A DNA stretch of 27,135 nt from a virus. Its lineage: Duplodnaviria; Heunggongvirae; Uroviricota; Caudoviricetes. A model generated the notes under the pieces. It searched no databases, was not told the DNA's origin, and worked only from the letters and a program-made list of their open reading frames with translations. Shown here one piece after another: positions 22,371 through 27,135 of the stretch. The first letter of the stretch is position 1. Every line of letters begins with the position of its first letter. The stretch lies in the IMG/VR virus record IMGVR_UViG_2529292920_000017. One strand, given 5' to 3'. The position numbers and the translations under genes are program-made.

Positions 22371-23971
22371 CAGTGAAATACTACGCCATTCTGACTAATC
22401 AGGGCGCGGCACGACTGGCTAACGCGACGATGCTCGGCAGTAAGCTGAATCTGACGCAAATGGCCGTTGGTGATGCAAATGGTGTGTTACCAACACCAGA
22501 CCCTGCACAAACAAAACTGATTAACCAGAAACGCATTGCACCGCTGAATCTTCTGAGTGTTGACCCTAACAATCAGAGCCAGATTATTGCGGAGCAAATC
22601 ATCCCTGAAAACGAGGGAGGATTCTGGATCCGTGAGATTGGTCTTTATGATGATGAAGGTGTACTCATTGCGGTGGCAAACTGCCCGGAAACGTACAAAC
22701 CGCAGTTGCAGGAAGGCAGTGGACGCACCCAGACTATCCGCATGATTCTGGTTGTCACGAACACCGAAGCCATCACGCTGAAAATCGACCCGTCTGTGGT
22801 TCTGGCAACCCGCAAATATGTGGATGATAAAATCTCAGAGCACGAACAGTCACGACGTCACCCGGACGCCTCGCTGACCGTAAAAGGTTTTACTCAGTTA
22901 AGCAGTGCAATTAACAGTGAATCAGAAACACTGGCCGCAACACCGAAAGCGGTTAAGGCTGCATATGACCTGGCTAACGGGAAATATACCGCCCAGAACG
23001 CCACCACTACACAAAAAGGAATTGTTCAGCTCAGTAGCGCCACGAACAGCACGTCTGAAACGCTGGCAGCGACACCAAAATCTGTTAAGGCGGTAATGGA
23101 TGAAACGAACAAGAAAGCACCATTAAACAGCCCGGCACTGACCGGAACGCCAACAACACCAACAGCGCCACAGGGGACTAATAGTACCCAGATCGCAAGC
23201 ACGGCTTTCGTTATGGCCGCGATTGCCGCACTTGTAGATTCGTCACCTGATGCACTGAACACGCTGAACGAACTGGCTGCGGCGCTGGGCAATGACCCGA
23301 ATTTTGCGACCACCATGACTAACGCGCTTGCGGGTAAGCAACCGAAGGATGCCACCCTGACGGCGCTGGCAGAGCTTGCTACATCAGCAGATAAACTCCC
23401 ATATTTTACAGGGGCAGATCGTGCCGCGTTAACCGCGTTGACAAGTGTTGGACGTGCCATTCTTGGTAAAACCAGCACTCAGGGAGTTCTTGATTACCTT
23501 GGTTTGGGGGAAGGCTCTGCGCTGCCCGTTGGTGTGCCCGTTCCATGGCCCTCAGCCACGCTGCCAACGGGGTGGCTGAAATGTAACGGCGCAGCATTTT
23601 CTTCTGAAATGTACCCCAATCTGGCAAAGGCCTACCCCACCAATAAATTACCGGATTTACGGGGCGAATTTATTCGCGGCTGGGATGACGGACGGGGCGT
23701 TGATAATGGGCGCAACCTACTGTCTGCACAGTCTGACGCTATTCAGAATATAGTTGGCACTTTTGGGCGTACTCAGCTTTTTAAAGATGCGCTTAATTCA
23801 GGACCATTTAGTCAAACTGACTCTATATTATCAGTAGGCTTACAACCAACTGAGATCATTGAAGGATATGGTGCTTCTGTATGGACATTCGACGCCTCTC
23901 GCTCAGTTCGCACAGCATCTGAAACACGCCCCCATAACATTGCGTTTAATTACATCGTAAGGGCAGCATGA
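22367..23971 (+). CDS. H: tail fiber protein H: constant N-terminal part fused to the currently expressed C-terminal cassette (Hv1)
   Basis: ATG at 22367 overlapping the I stop; 534 aa. N-terminus MTVKYYAILTNQGAARLANA is the conserved P2-type fiber N-terminus. Internal tandem roughly 30-aa repeats (LSSAINSESETLAATPKAVKAA / LSSATNSTSETLAATPKSVKAV). From about 23500 the sequence (GLGEGSALPVGVPVPWPSAT...ETRPHNIAFNYIVRAA) belongs to the cassette family repeated downstream. Confidence 0.9.
   Translation: MTVKYYAILTNQGAARLANATMLGSKLNLTQMAVGDANGVLPTPDPAQTKLINQKRIAPLNLLSVDPNNQSQIIAEQIIPENEGGFWIREIGLYDDEGVLIAVANCPETYKPQLQEGSGRTQTIRMILVVTNTEAITLKIDPSVVLATRKYVDDKISEHEQSRRHPDASLTVKGFTQLSSAINSESETLAATPKAVKAAYDLANGKYTAQNATTTQKGIVQLSSATNSTSETLAATPKSVKAVMDETNKKAPLNSPALTGTPTTPTAPQGTNSTQIASTAFVMAAIAALVDSSPDALNTLNELAAALGNDPNFATTMTNALAGKQPKDATLTALAELATSADKLPYFTGADRAALTALTSVGRAILGKTSTQGVLDYLGLGEGSALPVGVPVPWPSATLPTGWLKCNGAAFSSEMYPNLAKAYPTNKLPDLRGEFIRGWDDGRGVDNGRNLLSAQSDAIQNIVGTFGRTQLFKDALNSGPFSQTDSILSVGLQPTEIIEGYGASVWTFDASRSVRTASETRPHNIAFNYIVRAA
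23487..23512 (+). other. candidate recombination site A (inside H, constant/variable boundary)
   Basis: TTCTTGATTACC-TT-GGTTTGGGGGAA. The right half and central TT are identical to the downstream cassette junctions; the left half is unique H sequence. Confidence 0.5.
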
Positions 23972-23990
23972 AAACGTTGGTTTGGGGGAA
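23965..23990 (+). other. candidate recombination site B (cassette junction)
   Basis: AGCATGAAAACG-TT-GGTTTGGGGGAA. The left half contains the stop codon of the preceding cassette (GCA TGA); the right half encodes the start of the next cassette (LGEG). Confidence 0.55.
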
Positions 23991-24515
23991 GGCTCTGCAC
24001 TGCCCGTTGGTGTACCTGTTCCGTGGCCCTCAGCCACTCCACCAACGGGCTGGCTGAAATGCAACGGCGCAGCATTTTCTTCTGAAGATTACCCCAAATT
24101 GGCACAGGCTTACCCCGCGAACAAATTACCGGATCTACGGGGTGAATTTATCCGTGGCTGGGATGATGGACGTGGCTTGGATGCTGGGCGTGCCTTGCTA
24201 AGTCTTCAGGATGACTCTTTTGAAGCGCACAGGCATGAGTCCTTTTTTTATGCGGGTATTTCACGTAATGAGACCCCATTAAAAAATCTTCCAAGTTCAG
24301 ACGAGATGCTGACTTTAAGTTCCACAACTAATGCCTTGTCCCCGGACAGTATTGATGCCACCAACTCGTTAATTGGTAATGACGATTACAACTGTCTTAT
24401 CGAAGGGAATAAAAATAACAAACGAACAGCGACAGGACTGAGTACCAGTATTGTCGGCACAGCAGAAACACGCCCCCGCAACGTTGCATTCAATTACATC
24501 GTAAGAGCTGCATGA
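23979..24515 (+). CDS. silent tail-fiber C-terminal cassette Hv2 (promoterless; no ATG)
   Basis: ORF track 23982..24515 starts at TTG. Shares the N-terminal roughly 65 aa (GEGSALPVGVPVPWPSATPPTGWLKCNGAAFSSE.YP.LA.AYP.NKLPDLRGEFIRGWDDGRG) and C-terminal ETRPRNVAFNYIVRAA with the H C-terminus; the middle is unique. Protein identical to the minus-strand cassette at 26602..27135. Confidence 0.7.
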   Translation, partial: GLGEGSALPVGVPVPWPSATPPTGWLKCNGAAFSSEDYPKLAQAYPANKLPDLRGEFIRGWDDGRGLDAGRALLSLQDDSFEAHRHESFFYAGISRNETPLKNLPSSDEMLTLSSTTNALSPDSIDATNSLIGNDDYNCLIEGNKNNKRTATGLSTSIVGTAETRPRNVAFNYIVRAA

Positions 24516-24534
24516 AAACGTTGGTTTAGGGGAA
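24509..24534 (+). other. candidate recombination site C (cassette junction)
   Basis: TGCATGAAAACG-TT-GGTTTAGGGGAA; same architecture as site B. Confidence 0.55.
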
Positions 24535-25001
24535 GGCTCTGCACTGCCCGTTGGTGTGCCCGTTCCGTGGCCCTTAGCAACACCACCAACGGGCTGGCTG
24601 AAATGTAACGGTGCAGCATTTTCTTCTGAAATGTACCCCAATCTGGCAAAAGCCTACCCCACCAATAAATTACCGGATTTACGGGGCGAATTTATTCGTG
24701 GCTGGGATGATGGGCGAGGAATTGATGCAGCACGCGCTTTATTGAGCATTCAAACCGGGATGTTGGAAAAACACCGCCATATTGTTGTAGCTAACGATGG
24801 ATATGACACAAAGGATGAATGGGAGTTGGCCACGATTTTCAAAAAACATATACACAAGGCAGGGGGCTTGATGCCACAAATACAGGAGGGAGTTTGATTC
24901 CATCACCAACGCTTCATTCACGAGGAAGTATTGGTAACACAGGTGGTAGTGAAACCCGCCCCCGCAATATTGCATTTAACTATATCGTGAGGGCGGCTTA
25001 G
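24523..25001 (+). pseudogene. tail-fiber C-terminal cassette Hv3, frameshifted
   Basis: The conserved cassette N-terminus (ORF 24556..24897) and the conserved C-terminus ETRPRNIAFNYIVRAA (ORF 24819..25001) are in different frames. The frame changes in the region of an A6 tract at 24841-24846; adding one A would join them into one cassette-length ORF. Confidence 0.6.
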
Positions 25002-25007
25002 TTATAT

Positions 25008-25619
25008 TCAACTGGCTGCTGCCAGTGGTATTTCCGGCAAGTTGATATCTGGTGCCATGTTTATATCCATTGCGTTCAGCGCGTCTATATAATCCAGCAC
25101 GGCGTTAAGCCGGGTGGTTTCTGCCTGCGTCAACTTCCGCCCGGCCTGCAACTTCAACTGAATCAGACTTATGGAAGCCATTGCCGCATCAGCCAGTGAC
25201 TGGCGCTTGGTTTCTGCCGCTTCTACTGCGGCACTATGTTGTGCCTCAGTATCTGTCACCCATTTTTCACCATCCCATTTATCGTATGGTGTCGACGGGG
25301 AGATAGTGGTTGTATTTTTCGGGTAGTCACCTAGCGTCGTGATTTCTTCGGTGTTTCCCGTGTCAGTGTTATAGACGGTTTCACCACGATGATCTGGCGT
25401 ATACTCCCATGAATTTAAATTCTCCGAACGGCGGATAGCATAGCCCGCTTTATGTGCGCCCGGGGCATCTAAACAGGAATTTGCCGGAATACCGACACCC
25501 GCAGCAAGATATTCAGTTGATTCGGAAATATATTCCCGTGTCTCACCATCATAGTTATAAACGACGATGTTTCCTGCCTGTACGGCAATAAGGTCATCAT
25601 TTAATATCGCGTTATTCAT
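25008..25619 (-). CDS. tail fiber assembly protein (Tfa, P2 gpG functional analogue)
   Basis: 203 aa, ATG at 25617-25619 overlapping the stop of cassette Hv4 (TAATG). C-terminal region KRQSLADAAMASISLIQLKLQAGRKLTQAETTRLNAVLDYIDAL is the conserved Tfa chaperone domain pattern. Encoded on the strand opposite to H. Confidence 0.8.
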   Translation of the reverse strand: MNNAILNDDLIAVQAGNIVVYNYDGETREYISESTEYLAAGVGIPANSCLDAPGAHKAGYAIRRSENLNSWEYTPDHRGETVYNTDTGNTEEITTLGDYPKNTTTISPSTPYDKWDGEKWVTDTEAQHSAAVEAAETKRQSLADAAMASISLIQLKLQAGRKLTQAETTRLNAVLDYIDALNAMDINMAPDINLPEIPLAAAS

Positions 25620-26080
25620 TATGCGGTTCTCACAATATAATTGAAGGCAATATTGCGTGGGCGGGTTTCATTCCCCTCTGAGGATTCCGTTCTGTATTGA
25701 CTGGTAAATCTACCGTTAATTGCACCTTGCCGGACGGCGTTATCTGTCGACAACAGACTATCCCCGCCTTTGTCATTTGGCACCAGTACCGTGTTATCCC
25801 ACGCATCCCATGACCGAATATTATGATAATGACTTCCTGTTAACCACCCCTGCATGCTTAAGATGACCCTTCCGGCATCCACCCCGCGCCCATCATCCCA
25901 GCCACGGATAAATTCACCGCGTAAGTCTGGTAATTTATTGGTGGGGTAAGCCATTGCCAGTCTGGGATACATTTCAGAAGAAAATGCTGCGCCGTTACAT
26001 TTCAGCCACCCCGTTGGCGGCGTGGCTGAGGGCCATGGAACAGGTACACCAACGGGCAGTGCAGAGCCTTCTCCTAAACC
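25619..26080 (-). CDS. silent tail-fiber C-terminal cassette Hv4 (minus strand, directly upstream of tfa)
   Basis: ORF track 25619..25972 begins at an internal ATG, but the same frame stays open back to site D and encodes the conserved cassette N-terminus (GEGSALPVGVPVPWPSATPPTGWLKCNGAAFSSEMYP...). Ends ETRPRNIAFNYIVRTA; unique middle. Confidence 0.65.
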   Translation of the reverse strand, partial: GLGEGSALPVGVPVPWPSATPPTGWLKCNGAAFSSEMYPRLAMAYPTNKLPDLRGEFIRGWDDGRGVDAGRVILSMQGWLTGSHYHNIRSWDAWDNTVLVPNDKGGDSLLSTDNAVRQGAINGRFTSQYRTESSEGNETRPRNIAFNYIVRTA

Positions 26081-26094
26081 AACGTTTTCATGCG
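26069..26094 (-). other. candidate recombination site D (inverted orientation)
   Basis: Plus strand reads TTCTCCTAAACC-AA-CGTTTTCATGCG, the reverse complement of the site B/C pattern. Confidence 0.55.
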
Positions 26095-26594
26095 GCTCTT
26101 ACGATGTAATTAAATGCAACGTTGCGAGGGCGAGTTTCTGTACCTACATTTCCACTAATTTCACCAAACCGTTTTACATTACGAGAGCTAATGGCTCGTA
26201 GTGAGGAAGGCACATTTAAACCGGGTTCGTCTGTTTTAACTATTCCCCCGTCCCCGTATGTAGCCAGTATTCCAGGGTTTACTCCTTCCCGTGTACTTCC
26301 CGCGGCAAGTCCATCCCCGGTCCATAATTCCATATAGTGTGCATGATCCAAAATTGTGTGTGGCTGCCAATTAAGCAGAGCGCGGCCAGCATCCACCCCG
26401 CGCCCATCATCCCAGCCGCGAATAAATTCGCCCCGTAAATCCGGTAATTTATTGGCGGGGTAGGCCTTTGCCAGATTGGGGTACATTTCAGAAGAAAATG
26501 CTGCACCGTTACATTTCAGCCAGCCCGTTGGCGGCGTGGCTGAAGGCCATGGAACGGGCACACCAACGGGCAGCGCCGAGCCTTCCCCTAAACC
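26088..26594 (-). CDS. silent tail-fiber C-terminal cassette Hv5 (minus strand)
   Basis: ORF track 26088..26561. Conserved cassette N- and C-termini (…ETRPRNVAFNYIVRAA) with a unique middle (LLNWQPHTILDHAHYMELWTGDG...). Confidence 0.65.
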   Translation of the reverse strand, partial: GLGEGSALPVGVPVPWPSATPPTGWLKCNGAAFSSEMYPNLAKAYPANKLPDLRGEFIRGWDDGRGVDAGRALLNWQPHTILDHAHYMELWTGDGLAAGSTREGVNPGILATYGDGGIVKTDEPGLNVPSSLRAISSRNVKRFGEISGNVGTETRPRNVAFNYIVRAA

Positions 26595-26608
26595 AACGTT
26601 TTCATGCA
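26583..26608 (-). other. candidate recombination site E (inverted orientation)
   Basis: Plus strand reads TTCCCCTAAACC-AA-CGTTTTCATGCA. Confidence 0.55.
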
Positions 26609-27135
26609 GCTCTTACGATGTAATTGAATGCAACGTTGCGGGGGCGTGTTTCTGCTGTGCCGACAATACTGGTACTCAGTCCTGTCGCTGTTCGTTTGTT
26701 ATTTTTATTCCCTTCGATAAGACAGTTGTAATCGTCATTACCAATTAACGAGTTGGTGGCATCAATACTGTCCGGGGACAAGGCATTAGTTGTGGAACTT
26801 AAAGTCAGCATCTCGTCTGAACTTGGAAGATTTTTTAATGGGGTCTCATTACGTGAAATACCCGCATAAAAAAAGGACTCATGCCTGTGCGCTTCAAAAG
26901 AGTCATCCTGAAGACTTAGCAAGGCACGCCCAGCATCCAAGCCACGTCCATCATCCCAGCCACGGATAAATTCACCCCGTAGATCCGGTAATTTGTTCGC
27001 GGGGTAAGCCTGTGCCAATTTGGGGTAATCTTCAGAAGAAAATGCTGCGCCGTTGCATTTCAGCCAGCCCGTTGGTGGAGTGGCTGAGGGCCACGGAACA
27101 GGTACACCAACGGGCAGTGCAGAGCCTTCCCCCAA
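26602..27135 (-). CDS. silent tail-fiber C-terminal cassette Hv6 (minus strand), reaches the window edge
   Basis: ORF track 26602..27135. The translated protein is identical to cassette Hv2 (23982..24515), so the two form a long inverted duplication. The window ends inside the next junction site (TTCCCCCAA at 27127-27135). Confidence 0.65.
   Translation of the reverse strand: MGEGSALPVGVPVPWPSATPPTGWLKCNGAAFSSEDYPKLAQAYPANKLPDLRGEFIRGWDDGRGLDAGRALLSLQDDSFEAHRHESFFYAGISRNETPLKNLPSSDEMLTLSSTTNALSPDSIDATNSLIGNDDYNCLIEGNKNNKRTATGLSTSIVGTAETRPRNVAFNYIVRAA

Noticed and set aside
24369-24641. Near-identical 90-aa ORFs at 24369..24641 (minus) and 26476..26748 (plus)
   Set aside because: These are the antisense reading frames across cassette junctions. 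Their similarity simply mirrors the inverted repetition of the tail-fiber cassettes; not independent genes.
23487-27135. Diversity-generating retroelement explanation for the variable tail-fiber C-termini
   Set aside because: Variation is cassette-wise with conserved flanks and discrete junction sites, not point substitutions within one template/variable repeat pair, and no reverse transcriptase ORF is present in the window.
1-27135. CRISPR array, rRNA/tRNA genes, IS elements or transposases
   Set aside because: No regularly spaced short direct repeats with unique spacers, no tRNA-like cloverleaf candidates and no transposase-like ORFs found on reading through; the repeats present are explained by phage regulatory sites and tail-fiber cassettes.

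Overview
The window reads as most of a P2-like (P2/186-type) temperate myovirus prophage of an enterobacterial host, in prophage gene order. From the left: an AT-rich cargo gene, tyrosine integrase and P2 C-type repressor on the minus strand, then a rightward early operon (Cox-like gene, about eight small ORFs, a structured non-coding leader, and a rolling-circle initiator of the P2 gene A type). Between gene A and the cos region, where P2 carries its accessory genes, sits a type II partition cassette (parM and parR with palindromic repeats upstream), a small protein carrying a ClpX-type C4 zinc finger, and a 135-aa unknown. A putative cos region with 10-bp-phased TGCACAA repeats follows, then the late genes: portal and large terminase (minus), scaffold, major capsid, small terminase, head completion, tail protein X, holin, M15-peptidase endolysin, overlapped spanins, tail completion, baseplate and tail fiber H. 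Downstream of H is the most unusual part: at least five further promoterless tail-fiber C-terminal cassettes in both orientations and a single tail fiber assembly gene on the opposite strand, all delimited by a repeated 26-bp junction whose architecture resembles Hin/Gin/Cin-family inversion sites. This looks like a multi-cassette host-range shufflon; no recombinase gene is visible and the array is cut by the right window edge. All calls come from reading the sequence and ORF track against remembered protein families; no database search was run, and protein comparisons to P2, R1 ParM/ParR and ClpX are from memory.
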